In this document: positions 19,612 through 29,724 of the stretch, piece by piece
How the letters are laid out: every line of letters begins with the position of its first letter
Position numbering within the stretch: position 1 is the stretch's first letter
Assembly (NCBI GenBank): GCA_027623195.1
Contig: JAQBUT010000019.1
Span: 1-64,000 of the forward strand
Direction: 5' to 3'
Origin: Chloroflexota bacterium
GTDB lineage: Bacteria > Chloroflexota > Dehalococcoidia > Lucifugimonadales > JADFKI01
Length of the DNA: 64,000 nt
Notes under the pieces: model-generated
Databases searched by the model: none
Told to the model about the DNA's origin: nothing
The model's input: the letters and a program-made list of their open reading frames with translations, nothing else
Program-made: the position numbers and the translations under genes

Positions 19612-20538
19612 TTAGTTCTGTGACCTGAAGTCGCTGGAGTTTAGAAGAAGCGTTCCTGTTACGCCAGTGTCGACCACGTACACAGCGGACCGGTCCGGCG
19701 TTCTTACAAAGAAGGACGTTTCGTCCCTCGGAAGGAAACGCACCCTGGTCGTAGGATAGTTTGATTCGAGCAACGGCGTGATACGCACGGAAATACCGTT
19801 AGCCCCCGCAAAGTCCATCCCCTGAGTGTCTTCTGGAGCCGCAAAGGCTCTGGCTACCAGAACCTCTATGTTGGATAGCACAGCATTTACGGCGAATATG
19901 TCGGCAGGTTCCTCACCCGACCCGCTGTCGATGGTCCAACCGCGGTCGACGCGCTTGAGGACGAACTCCTCATTGGGGTAGCTGAACTCTATCATTGCGA
20001 CCGCATCCCGAGGAATACTCACGATAATAGGGTCGCGCCACCCATCGGGGTCCGGATCGAAGATGTTCGTCAACGGGCACGGGATGCCATAAACCTGGTC
20101 GCGGTCCGGCTTGCGAAGGTAGCACAGGCGCACGTCCTGAGACCACTTGCCGACGATGAATTCCTCCTGCTTGAAATCGCCCAGCCAGAAGGCCACGTAG
20201 GTGCCCTGGTCATCTCCAACGCCCATGCGAGCGTGATTTACCGGGTTTTCAGCGATAAGCTGCGCGCCATCTATATCTACCGTTGCTGTCCAGAGGGCTT
20301 CCAGCTTGGGTACGAATGCAGGATCACGGCCTACCAGCCACGTTTGCCCGACCTTCTCCAACTCCGCCTCGTTAACAGGCGACGTTATTGTCACCCTGTT
20401 TATAACCTCTGGAGAGATAGGCAGGATTCCTTCAAGCACCAGATTGTTGGAGCCGACCGAAAGGAGTCGCACCACCAGCCCTACCAGGCCGATGACGATG
20501 AGAGCCGTGAGAACGTACCCTAACTGCTTACTCTTCAC
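19612..20538 (-). CDS. DUF4340-like membrane-anchored protein of the Gld-type ABC operon
   Basis: N-terminal TM anchor, WRD motif, position after the GldG-like gene. Confidence 0.7.
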   Translation of the reverse strand: MKSKQLGYVLTALIVIGLVGLVVRLLSVGSNNLVLEGILPISPEVINRVTITSPVNEAELEKVGQTWLVGRDPAFVPKLEALWTATVDIDGAQLIAENPVNHARMGVGDDQGTYVAFWLGDFKQEEFIVGKWSQDVRLCYLRKPDRDQVYGIPCPLTNIFDPDPDGWRDPIIVSIPRDAVAMIEFSYPNEEFVLKRVDRGWTIDSGSGEEPADIFAVNAVLSNIEVLVARAFAAPEDTQGMDFAGANGISVRITPLLESNYPTTRVRFLPRDETSFFVRTPDRSAVYVVDTGVTGTLLLNSSDFRSQN

Positions 20539-22777
20539 GACGGTACACCCTGATCCCCGTGCTGCGGCGTTTCAGGTACCTAAGCAGGCCCAGCAATATG
20601 AAAGCCAGTGGCACTCCTGCGATGTTAGCGTACTGCACTAAATTCCTATGCGAGGGGGAGTTGAATATCAGAACCCTGGTAGTAATGACCTTCGAGCGAA
20701 TCTCGGCCAGGGCATCCTCCTGGGCCAACCAGTCGATGAGATTTAGACCCAGCGCCAGATTCTCCTGCGCTCGACCCACTACGCCGTCGGTAAGCCAGTC
20801 TGAGTCACCAACGACGATCAGCCTGGATGCCTCGTCGCTACCGATTCCCCCCTTGGTTTCGACTGCCATTGCAATATCGTTCTCGAAAAGCTGTATACCG
20901 GAAATGTCCAGCTGAGGCGAATTAGGCGTTATATCGCCATAGGCATAGTCTGCCGCCGCAAATGGCGACGTGCGTATCAGGGGAATGAACTCTGCCTCCC
21001 CTACCTGAGACTCAGTTATGCCGACGGAGCTAGGCCACGGGATCAAAACAGACTCAACTTCACCCGCCACCTTCCGGTCCACGATTGGCGCCCGCACCCA
21101 GTAAGGGTATGGCAGAAGCACGGTGCCAAAGGGCAGCGTCTGGTTAGATCGCACGTCGAACACGAGGTTGTCTTGCACCTCAATGCCGTACTTTTCTGCG
21201 ATGTCGCCGAAGTGGAACTGATTAGGCAACGCCATCATGTTCTGTAGGTCGATATTGAGAGGGTCCACCAGGAGCATCACCTTGCCGCCAGAGGCCAGGA
21301 ATTCGTCTACTGCCTGGTAGACTTCCTCCGGCATGCGCTGCGTGGGTCCGGGAACGATGAGCACATCCAGTTGGCTCAGGTTTTGCAGACCCTCTTCATC
21401 TCCCGTAATTTCGGACAATTCGTACTGCTGGGCCAGGAGCCCGGCAAGGTTGTTGAAGTCCTCCCTCATCGTCTTCTCGCCATGCCCTATGAGGAAACCA
21501 ACACTCTTACGGGAGGACTCCTGCTGCAACATGTTGAATGCCAGAGTTGCCATTCGATATTCGAAACCATCCACCGTGCCTATGAAAGGCATTACCTCAC
21601 GGCGGTCTGCGTAAGTCAGCACCACGCCCAGGTATCCAATTTCTATCTCTAGTCCGTTGGATGTCTGCCTGTTGAACTGCTCTGGCCTAACCCCGGCAAG
21701 CTGTGCCCTTCGGGCGTCCCCTTCGTCCGCGTCCGGGAAACGCCGAACCAGATTGACTTTACCACCTGACCGTCCAGTGAAATCCTCCAGAAAATCGCTT
21801 ATGTCTCTGGACGCCAGGTCTATCTGCACAGGCGGCGGATCAGACCGGTAAAGCTCCACCGTTAGCAGGTCATCCATGCCAGACAAAATATTGTCCGTCC
21901 CCTGGCTCAGCGTAAAAAGCTTGTCGGCAGTAAGGTCCAAGCGACCCTGCACGGAGCTTCCAAACCAGCCAACCAGCACGCTCAGCACAATTAGAGCCAA
22001 GGTCCCCAGTTGCAGGTTGCGGTACTGCGGCGAGTGGTGGCTTAACGTCTTGCCTCTTATGCTCAAGAAGGTCGCGCTAAGGAAAGTGGAGATTAACGCC
22101 ACGAAATACAACACGTCGCGAAGATCGATTACGCCTCTAGAGATGCTCGTGAAATGCGCTATAGGGCTCAGCGATTGCAAGAGCGTGGCCACAGAACCAG
22201 GCAAAGTCACGCCTACAGCGTCCAAGCCTAGCAACATGAGCATCAGTGTCACGAAAAGTCCCAAGATGAATGCCACAATCTGGTTTCGCGTCAGGCTGGA
22301 TGTGAACAGACCAATTGCCACGAAGGAAGCGGCCAGGAATAAGCTCCCGACGTACTGGCCTGTCACCGCGCCCCAGTCCAGGTCGCCAGCCGTCTGGAGG
22401 GAGATAGGGATGCCTACTGTGGCTATGATCGCAACCGACACGAATATAAGGCCAGATACGAATTTGGACATCAGTATTACCCAGCCACGTATGGGCTGAG
22501 TCAGGAGTATTTCAAGCGTGCCGTCACGCTGCTCTTCTGCCAACAGCCGCATAGTCGCGGCGGGAACCATAAGAGCAAGCAGCCACGGGATGGAGGGGCT
22601 CTCCACGGCGAAGTCCACCGTGAATAATGGTCTTAGCGATGCCTCCGATGTGAGAAAGGCCGAACGGAAGAACGACCATGACAATAGCGCGACAAAGCCA
22701 ACGATAAGAATGTAGCCGGTTGGCTGATCGAAATAGCCCTTCAGGTCTTTTCTGACAAGCGCCAACAGTGAACGCAT
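20528..22777 (-). CDS. GldF-GldG-like fusion (ABC-2 permease plus auxiliary component)
   Basis: TMRLLAEEQRDGTLEILLTQP, FTSSLTRNQIVA, RLDLTADKLFTLS, GHGE, VVGDSDW, NLIDWL. Confidence 0.88.
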   Translation of the reverse strand: MRSLLALVRKDLKGYFDQPTGYILIVGFVALLSWSFFRSAFLTSEASLRPLFTVDFAVESPSIPWLLALMVPAATMRLLAEEQRDGTLEILLTQPIRGWVILMSKFVSGLIFVSVAIIATVGIPISLQTAGDLDWGAVTGQYVGSLFLAASFVAIGLFTSSLTRNQIVAFILGLFVTLMLMLLGLDAVGVTLPGSVATLLQSLSPIAHFTSISRGVIDLRDVLYFVALISTFLSATFLSIRGKTLSHHSPQYRNLQLGTLALIVLSVLVGWFGSSVQGRLDLTADKLFTLSQGTDNILSGMDDLLTVELYRSDPPPVQIDLASRDISDFLEDFTGRSGGKVNLVRRFPDADEGDARRAQLAGVRPEQFNRQTSNGLEIEIGYLGVVLTYADRREVMPFIGTVDGFEYRMATLAFNMLQQESSRKSVGFLIGHGEKTMREDFNNLAGLLAQQYELSEITGDEEGLQNLSQLDVLIVPGPTQRMPEEVYQAVDEFLASGGKVMLLVDPLNIDLQNMMALPNQFHFGDIAEKYGIEVQDNLVFDVRSNQTLPFGTVLLPYPYWVRAPIVDRKVAGEVESVLIPWPSSVGITESQVGEAEFIPLIRTSPFAAADYAYGDITPNSPQLDISGIQLFENDIAMAVETKGGIGSDEASRLIVVGDSDWLTDGVVGRAQENLALGLNLIDWLAQEDALAEIRSKVITTRVLIFNSPSHRNLVQYANIAGVPLAFILLGLLRYLKRRSTGIRVYRREE

Positions 22778-22848
22778 CTGTTAAATTACGCCCCTGCTAA
22801 CCAACTTCGGACAGCACCGACAAGTGCTATGAATCTTCAAGAATTTAT

Positions 22849-23871
22849 TCAAGACTGTTTGTTGCCATCGTTCTGAGGCTCAGAAGTGAGATCGTGGAAC
22901 ACGTCCTCCATACGGGCACGCTCCTCGCGGAGCTCGTACAGCACCCAGTCCCTGCGCTTGGCGAGATTGAATATCTCCGGCCTAAGATCTTCGTCGGCTT
23001 TGGTTGAAATGACGTAGCGTTTGTGGCCATCTACACGGTCCTCGCGCTCGATTGAGTCCACGTTGGGCAGACCCTCCAGAGCTCGCTCAACTTCGTTACC
23101 TTCAACCTCGATATGTACTGTGCGGACGCCCTGCGCCCTGAGCAGCAAATCGCTAACGGGACTGTCAGCCACAAGGTTGCCCCGGCTGATTACCAGAACT
23201 CTCTCGCAGGTGGTTTCCACCTCCTGCATTATGTGAGTGCTAATCATAACAGTGCGTTCCTGGCCCAAAGACTTTATAAGGTCGCGAATGGTCAGGCGCT
23301 GGTTGGGGTCCAAGCCCTCTGTCGGCTCGTCAAGGATAAGAATGGACGGGCGATGAAGGATGGCCTGTGCCAATCCCACTCGCTGCTTATAGCCCTTGGA
23401 AAGCTGTCCAATAGGCCGGTAGTAGACTTCTGCTAAACCTGTCTCTTCGACGGTGGGCGGAATGTTCTGCTTGCGTTCCTCTTTAGACAGCCCGCGCAGA
23501 TCGGCCACGAAATTTAGGTATTCGCTAACCAAAAGGTCCGCGTAAAAAGGGTTATTCTCAGGCAGGTAGCCTATGCGATACCTGGTCATCAGGTCCTGGT
23601 CCTGAGTATCCATGCCGTCGATCTTGATGCGTCCCTCGTCCGGTGTGTAGAAGGACGTGAGCATGCGCATAGTGGTCGTCTTGCCGGAGCCATTTGGCCC
23701 CAGGAATCCCACAATCTCGCCCTTTTTTACGCTGAAGGATAGGTGGTTGACAGCGGTCAGCGGCCCAAAGAACTTGCTGACGCCGCTAATCTCTATGGAC
23801 ATGTCCCCGCCAGAAGTGGGCGGCGTTGTCTGGCTATCAGACTGGCCATCGACGAGAGTAACTTCCGCCAT
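22849..23871 (-). CDS. ABC ATP-binding protein (GldA-like)
   Basis: GPNGSGKTT, LSKGYKQRVGLAQA, ILDEPTEGLDPNQ. Confidence 0.93.
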   Translation of the reverse strand: MAEVTLVDGQSDSQTTPPTSGGDMSIEISGVSKFFGPLTAVNHLSFSVKKGEIVGFLGPNGSGKTTTMRMLTSFYTPDEGRIKIDGMDTQDQDLMTRYRIGYLPENNPFYADLLVSEYLNFVADLRGLSKEERKQNIPPTVEETGLAEVYYRPIGQLSKGYKQRVGLAQAILHRPSILILDEPTEGLDPNQRLTIRDLIKSLGQERTVMISTHIMQEVETTCERVLVISRGNLVADSPVSDLLLRAQGVRTVHIEVEGNEVERALEGLPNVDSIEREDRVDGHKRYVISTKADEDLRPEIFNLAKRRDWVLYELREERARMEDVFHDLTSEPQNDGNKQS

Positions 23872-24053
23872 TTCGCTGCTCACCTCCTAACTGGATTACG
23901 AGTGATTACTTTGGATGCATTCGGCTTGAATCGCTATGGGATTATAGTGGCACAGACTCCCCGCTTCAATACACCTGGGTTCATAAGGCTTCGACTTTAA
24001 TTGCCGGGCGATCATCCACCCGACGCGTTTTTACTTAGGAACATTCGTCTGAA

Positions 24054-24150
24054 GTCAATCCGAGCCGCCGGGAAGATTCCAGGGCCTGTGCCTTTGGCAA
24101 GGGCGATACGCTTTGGATTCCTCGTCCCATTTGGCGCCCCTCGGAACGAC
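24054..24150. repeat. Degenerate REP-like inverted-repeat element
   Basis: Ends GTCAATCCGAG / CTCGGAACGAC pair imperfectly; intergenic. Confidence 0.45.
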
Positions 24151-24223
24151 AATTCATTTATGTCAAATGTTACCCAAATGTTCAATTCGCTTTCTTGAAG
24201 CACCCTACCCCTATTAAATAAAA

Positions 24224-24250
24224 CGAGGGCAGGTTAGTAACCTGCCCTCG
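24224..24250 (-). terminator. Intrinsic terminator of groEL
   Basis: CGAGGGCAGGTT-agt-AACCTGCCCTCG followed by a T-run on the minus strand. Confidence 0.9.
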
Positions 24251-24280
24251 CATTCGCTTATATCTTAGTGTCTCCGGCGA

Positions 24281-25882
24281 CTAGTCGTCGTATGGGGCCG
24301 GTAGCTTCATGGGGTTAAGCTCCGTCATGATGGAGTCCGTGGTCAGCATCATGCCCGCAACGCTGGCGGCATTTTCCAGGGAAGCACGCACAACCTTGGT
24401 TGGGTCAACGATGCCCATCTCGTACATGCTGCCGAACTTGCCCGCCTCCGCGTCGAAGCCGTAGTCCCCTTCGCCCTTCTGAACGTCGTCTAGCACGACA
24501 ACGCCGCTGTATCCTGCGTTGTCGGATATCAGCATTAGCGGAGCGGTAAGGGCCTCGAAGGTGATATTAGCGCCCGTGAGTTCGTCACCTGTCAATGCGA
24601 GCTTCCCTCTGGCGGCCTTTGCTGCCCTAACTAGAGCCGTTCCACCACCAGGCACAATACCCTCTTCCATGGCGGCGCGGGTGGCAGCCAGTGCATCCTC
24701 TACCCGTTGTCGCTTCTCACGAAGCTCAATCTCGGTCACAGCGCCTACTCTGAGGACGGCGACACCGCCAGCCATCTTGGCCGCGCGCTCCTCTAGCTTT
24801 TCCCTGTCGTAGTCGGACGAAGTGTCTCCAGCCTGCTGACGGATCTGACCAATGCGGGCGTGAATGTCCACCTGGTTTCCAACGCCCTCAATGAACGTCG
24901 TTTCGTCCTTGTTGGAGACTATCCTCCGGCAACGGCCCAGGTCTTCGATGGTAGCCGAGTCTATGCCACGACCGATGTCCTTGCTGATGACGGTGGCGCC
25001 GAACAGTATCGCCATATCTTCCATTATTGCCTTGCGTCGGTCGCCAAAGCCCGGTGCCTTGACAGCCAGGGCATTGAGGTTGCCGCGAATCTTGTTAACC
25101 ACAAGGGTGGCCAACGCCTCGCCGTCAACGTCCTCGGCGACGATAACGATGTTACGGCTCGTTGGGCTTAAGCTTTCCAGCAACGGAATAAGGTCGGACA
25201 TTGCCGAAATCTTCTCCGTGGTCAACAGAATGTAAGGGTCCTCCACCTCAGTGACCATCTTGTTCTGATCGGTAACGAAATAAGGAGAGAGGTAGCCTCT
25301 GTCAATCTGCATTCCCTCGACGTACTCAACTTCGTAGCCGATGCCCTTGGACTCTTCCACGGTGATCACTCCGGTTTTGCCTACCTTTTCCAGCACGTCG
25401 GCGATGAGATTGCCCATCTCCTCCTCGTGCGCAGCAAGTACGGCGACCTGAGCTACGTTATCCCTCCCTTCGACGATGCGGGACATTCCAAGAATCTCTT
25501 CACGAATGGCGGCAACTGCCTTGTCGATGCCCTTTTTAAGATCCATTGGGTTGGCTCCGGCAGCCATGTTCTTGAAGCCCTGACGAAGCAGGTGCTGCGC
25601 CAGGATAGTAGACGTAGTGGTTCCATCGCCCACAACGTCGTTGGTCTTGCTGGCCGCGACCTTTACAAGCTGAGCGCCCATATTCTCAAAGGGCTTCTTC
25701 AACTCAATCTCTTTCGCGATGGTCACTCCGTCACTGCACACTTGAGGTGGCCCAAAATCCTGCGCCAGGACAACGTTGCGTCCGCTAGGACCTAGCGTAA
25801 CGCCAACTGCCCTGGCGAGGGTATCTACGCCCACCATAAGTTGCAGCCACGCATCCTGTTGGAATTGGAACTGCTTTGCCAT
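24281..25882 (-). CDS. groEL: Chaperonin GroEL paralog (no adjacent groES, no GGM tail)
   Basis: TLGPSGRNV, GDGTTT, KAPGFGDRRK, GIVPGGG. Confidence 0.96.
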   Translation of the reverse strand: MAKQFQFQQDAWLQLMVGVDTLARAVGVTLGPSGRNVVLAQDFGPPQVCSDGVTIAKEIELKKPFENMGAQLVKVAASKTNDVVGDGTTTSTILAQHLLRQGFKNMAAGANPMDLKKGIDKAVAAIREEILGMSRIVEGRDNVAQVAVLAAHEEEMGNLIADVLEKVGKTGVITVEESKGIGYEVEYVEGMQIDRGYLSPYFVTDQNKMVTEVEDPYILLTTEKISAMSDLIPLLESLSPTSRNIVIVAEDVDGEALATLVVNKIRGNLNALAVKAPGFGDRRKAIMEDMAILFGATVISKDIGRGIDSATIEDLGRCRRIVSNKDETTFIEGVGNQVDIHARIGQIRQQAGDTSSDYDREKLEERAAKMAGGVAVLRVGAVTEIELREKRQRVEDALAATRAAMEEGIVPGGGTALVRAAKAARGKLALTGDELTGANITFEALTAPLMLISDNAGYSGVVVLDDVQKGEGDYGFDAEAGKFGSMYEMGIVDPTKVVRASLENAASVAGMMLTTDSIMTELNPMKLPAPYDD

Positions 25883-26062
25883 CTACACCACCTTTTTTTT
25901 ATTTTTAGGATTTCATTTAGGGCCGTGCTTCTTCAAGAAGGCCCCTGTTATACGAATGTCGATTTCCCAGGCTATAGTGCTAACTAACAACCACAGGCCG
26001 CAAACACCGCCTGCCATTCTTCAATACACACAGGGGCGAATTGCCACTGAGTCGCGCGCTTT

Positions 26063-26200
26063 CTAACTCTTGTCCTGCAGCGCCTTTTGCATAACTGCAG
26101 GAGACATGGGCAACTCGCGCATTCGAACTCCTGTTGCATTATAGACTGCGTTGGCTATGGCTGCCAACGACGGCACTTGACGGGCCTCACCAACGCCCGC
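26063..26200 (-). pseudogene. C-terminal remnant of a xanthine dehydrogenase/CoxL-family molybdopterin subunit
   Basis: Reads AGVGEARQVPSLAAIANAVYNATGVRMRELPMSPAVMQKALQDKS*; in-frame TAG six codons upstream. Confidence 0.8.
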
Positions 26201-26324
26201 AAACAAGGCCAATACCTATTCGAAAAACAGCGCCAAAACTACACTGTGGCAGCCAAAAATATAACGCCCGCGCGTTTTTAAGCGGCGCGAGCGTTGGGAT
26301 GCTGTAAATCTAAGTGTGAGTGGT

Positions 26325-26855
26325 TTAGTGATCGGCCGCCATCCCACCCAGGGGACATGAACTTTCATTAAAGGCTTCCAAATCGTTTTTGGTGTGCTTT
26401 ATTTGTATGCAGTCGCCGGTGGCCAAAGCCCCATTAACCGCGTTTACCACCGCCGTACTGGTTATTCCGTAATTGGTGGCTCCAAGAACAAGGGCGTTCA
26501 AGAAGGCAGCAACGCCGTGGCGCCCAAGAGCTTTCTCGCATCCGCCGCCCTGATTCAAAGCGTCATCCAGGCTCTTGGGAGAACCCAGCGACGACGCGTA
26601 CGCCGCCGGTACATTGAACACCGAATCGAATGCAGTATCTGTATCGTAAGGTGAGGGCCATGAACTGTGGTGATTTTTCCAGTATCCGGGCGTGCATCCG
26701 CTACCGCCATAGTCGGCAAAGGCCGGCTTGGGAGCGATTGTCGATATTATAGGCTGGCTAAAGGCAAGGCCCAGGGCAGCCAGTCCACCGGCTTTTATGG
26801 CCTGCCGACGGCTAATTTTGCTGGTCAGGTATTTTGTCGCATATTGGCTGTCCAC
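26325..26855 (-). CDS. Hypothetical Tat-secreted protein
   Basis: SRRQAIK twin-arginine signal with AFA cleavage site; GCTPGYWKNH motif; four Cys; downstream hairpin at about 26263-26295. Confidence 0.75.
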   Translation of the reverse strand: MDSQYATKYLTSKISRRQAIKAGGLAALGLAFSQPIISTIAPKPAFADYGGSGCTPGYWKNHHSSWPSPYDTDTAFDSVFNVPAAYASSLGSPKSLDDALNQGGGCEKALGRHGVAAFLNALVLGATNYGITSTAVVNAVNGALATGDCIQIKHTKNDLEAFNESSCPLGGMAADH

Positions 26856-27147
26856 GGTTTCTCCTAATAAGAGTTATGTAATTCAACTTACCTTACATAC
26901 GTTCCTTTTAAGGTCACTAGTAAGTGACAAAAAAGGGAACAGATGGAGACAAAATAGTTAGGGCCTCTAACTGGCTATTCTCCAGATGAACGGGCTATTT
27001 ATGTGCGCCTGGGGAGAATTCGCTGGTAGAAAACTTGGTGCGCATAGGGCGGTTTTAGGTGAAAACTTCATTACGGTACTGTTGGAAGCACCCTCTCGTA
27101 CAAGGGGCACCGGGGTTATTTTGGAAATATAGGGAGAGGAGAGCGAT

Positions 27148-27789
27148 TTGCCCGCAACTAAAGTTGTAATAGTCGAAGACGAGCCGTTATTTCGGGAAAT
27201 GCTTCGCGTCCAGCTATCGGCGGACCCGGAGTTGGAAGTCATAGGCGAGACCGATAACGGTGAAGCAGCCGTGGAAATGGCTCGTGAGCTGACGCCCGAA
27301 GTTATGCTTATGGACATTGAGCTGGGCCAGGGCATGACGGGCATAGAGGCCGGTTACGCAATCAAGTCCGAGCGACCTTCGACGGGCATTGTGCTGCTCT
27401 CCAACCACAAGGCCAAGCAGTTCATCGTCACGTCGGGCGGCTGGTCCTACCTGATAAAGCGGAACGTCCGTGATATCGATACGGTGCTGCGAGCCGTTAA
27501 AGGCGCGGCCTGGGGTCTACTGGTGATCGACCCAACTCTAACCGACGCGCTGAGGCCAAAGCAGGGCGAGGCGCTGTCGACACTGGAGATGATCGAATTG
27601 AAGGTCCTGGAGCTCCTGGCTCAGGGATATTCCAACCAGGCAATTGCTCGGGAACTGGTCATGGAGCCTACCATAGTCCAGCGCAACCTAGCCCTAATCT
27701 ACGCAAAACTAAAAATCGATATGCGTGGAGACGTGGACCCGAGGGTTGCCGCCGTTCGCACCTACCTGGAGCAGACAAGCGGCAGGTAG
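27148..27789 (+). CDS. NarL/LuxR-family response regulator
   Basis: Receiver domain (VEDE, LMDI) plus LuxR HTH (LLAQGYSNQAIAREL). Confidence 0.9.
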   Translation: MPATKVVIVEDEPLFREMLRVQLSADPELEVIGETDNGEAAVEMARELTPEVMLMDIELGQGMTGIEAGYAIKSERPSTGIVLLSNHKAKQFIVTSGGWSYLIKRNVRDIDTVLRAVKGAAWGLLVIDPTLTDALRPKQGEALSTLEMIELKVLELLAQGYSNQAIARELVMEPTIVQRNLALIYAKLKIDMRGDVDPRVAAVRTYLEQTSGR

Positions 27790-27858
27790 GCACATCCTGT
27801 TCCCCGTATGCTTTTTACCCCAAATTTCGTTATATCGTTGTTTTAGAGAGCTTAATCA

Positions 27859-28224
27859 ATGCTTCGCGTGATGATTGTGGATGACCAAGGCGGCATGCGC
27901 CAAATGATGAGAAAAATCCTTGAGGCCGACGGCGGCTTCGATGTGGTTTGCGAGGCTTCCAACGGAAAAGAGGCCCTGGAGCTTGTCGAGGAGCAACCCC
28001 TTGACCTGATATTGATGGACGTTCAAATGCCACAGATGGATGGGTTCGAGGCTACGAAGCAGATTCTGGCCAGCCATCCCAACATTGGTATAGCAATCAC
28101 GAGCATGAATAAGGACGCGCAGTACGTCAGGTTAGCCAATGAGGTTGGCGCCATGGGGTTTATCGCCAAACAGGCCCTAAAAGGCCATGTACTGATGGAG
28201 CTGATGGCGTCACGAGCATCTTAA
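27859..28224 (+). CDS. Single-domain response regulator
   Basis: [19 protein letters not shown]. Confidence 0.92.
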   Translation: MLRVMIVDDQGGMRQMMRKILEADGGFDVVCEASNGKEALELVEEQPLDLILMDVQMPQMDGFEATKQILASHPNIGIAITSMNKDAQYVRLANEVGAMGFIAKQALKGHVLMELMASRAS

Positions 28225-28239
28225 TGTAGGCGGTCACGC

Positions 28240-29343
28240 CTATTCCGATATATCCACATACGCCGTAATTATGGTTCCCTGATTCGGCGTCGACTCAATG
28301 CTGAACTCCCCACCTACCGCTCCCATATGATCCTCAATCGTGGTTAGGCCCAAGCTGCGTTTGCTAGTCGTATCATCCATATCGAATCCGCGACCGTCGT
28401 CCTCCACTGACATGAACACAGTACTCTCCTGCTCGACCCAGAGGCTCACCTTAGCCCGGGTTGCGCCGGAGTGCTTCACGACGTTGCCGATGGCTTCCTC
28501 AGCAACTCTGTACATGGCCAGTCGTACCTTGGCCGGAATAGACGACCCGCCCATCGCCTCACGCGCCTGAATTTCCTCCGAGATGTCTACCTCGATGGGA
28601 ATGGCCCTCTCGTACTGGTCACGCAGCGACATTACACCCGCGCTGAGGTTAAGACGAATAACACTGGGGTGCAAACGATGAGAAATCTGCCGAATGTCGT
28701 TTTCTCTGATATCGTCTAGTTGCACCGCGAGCCTGTCTAACTCCTCTTTGACTTCCGCATCTTCTATCTTTCCTGAGAGGTCGGTCAGGGCCATGTAAAG
28801 AATCATCATCTGCGTTTGCACGTGGCCGTGAAGCTCTTCTGCTATGGCCTTTCGAACGTCTTCCTCGGCGTCCACAATACGACCGCGGGACAGGCGTAGC
28901 TCCTCCACCATCTGCTCCAAGGTGCGGACGTAGTAGCTTGTCTCCTCTTCGATCCGTTGACGCTGAAGTCGGACGATGCGCTGCCCAACTCGGACTCGTG
29001 CGCGGAGTTCTTCAGAATCGAAGGGTTTCGTCAGATAATCGTCCGCACCGGCCTGAAGACCTTTAATCTTGTCTTCCTTGGAGCCTTTAACTGTGAGCAG
29101 CATGAGGTAAGGGTCGGTGGCTCTGGGGGTTTCGCGGAGTTTGCGGCATATCTCAATACCATGCATACCGGGCATCATCCAGTCGATGATAGCTAGAGAC
29201 GGCGCGTCGTCCTTACTGAGAGCTTCCCAGGCTTCCTTGCCATCGACGCACACCACGACTTCGAACCCGTACTCGAGAAGAAGATCCTCAAGTACAGTCC
29301 GCGAAACGGGGTCGTCCTCTGCTATCAGGACTTTGTTAGTCAT
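28240..29343 (-). CDS. Cytoplasmic hybrid: receiver + HisKA_3-type histidine kinase + HATPase
   Basis: N-terminal receiver (AEDD, IDWMMP, GADDYLTKPF), AEELHG, NVVKHS, DDGRGF. Confidence 0.9.
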   Translation of the reverse strand: MTNKVLIAEDDPVSRTVLEDLLLEYGFEVVVCVDGKEAWEALSKDDAPSLAIIDWMMPGMHGIEICRKLRETPRATDPYLMLLTVKGSKEDKIKGLQAGADDYLTKPFDSEELRARVRVGQRIVRLQRQRIEEETSYYVRTLEQMVEELRLSRGRIVDAEEDVRKAIAEELHGHVQTQMMILYMALTDLSGKIEDAEVKEELDRLAVQLDDIRENDIRQISHRLHPSVIRLNLSAGVMSLRDQYERAIPIEVDISEEIQAREAMGGSSIPAKVRLAMYRVAEEAIGNVVKHSGATRAKVSLWVEQESTVFMSVEDDGRGFDMDDTTSKRSLGLTTIEDHMGAVGGEFSIESTPNQGTIITAYVDISE

Positions 29344-29367
29344 GGTCTAATTCGCTCATGCCAGGAA

Positions 29368-29724
29368 TCACAGAAGGGGAATTAAAGCCTCAGCCAGTCT
29401 CTCGATTACCACGGTAAGCGCGTCGTATGCGTCCTGAAGTCCATCCGTAACGCCATCGCGTCCCATATGCTCCAGCTTCATAGCTGCGGCGGACGCATAG
29501 CTAGCGGACAGGTAGGCCATGGAGCTACCAAGTGTGTGTGCGGCCATCTCCAGCTTCTTGTAGTCGTCGTCAGCTATTGCTTCTTCTATGTCGGTGGTGT
29601 GCTTGGCGGCGTTGGCTTTGAAGACGCCAGCCACCTTCCTGAGAAGCTTCTCGCTACCTAGCCTCTCAACAGCCGACTTAACGTCCATGACCGGGTGGGC
29701 GCCCGTCTGGTCTGTGGAACTCAT
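29368..29724 (-). CDS. Hpt phosphotransfer protein
   Basis: AAHTLGSS motif, helical 118 aa. Confidence 0.85.
   Translation of the reverse strand: MSSTDQTGAHPVMDVKSAVERLGSEKLLRKVAGVFKANAAKHTTDIEEAIADDDYKKLEMAAHTLGSSMAYLSASYASAAAMKLEHMGRDGVTDGLQDAYDALTVVIERLAEALIPLL

Noticed and set aside
25957..25983. CIRCE operator upstream of groEL
   Set aside because: Only one half-site-like TTAGCACTA is present on the minus strand; the second arm does not match GAGTGCTAA.
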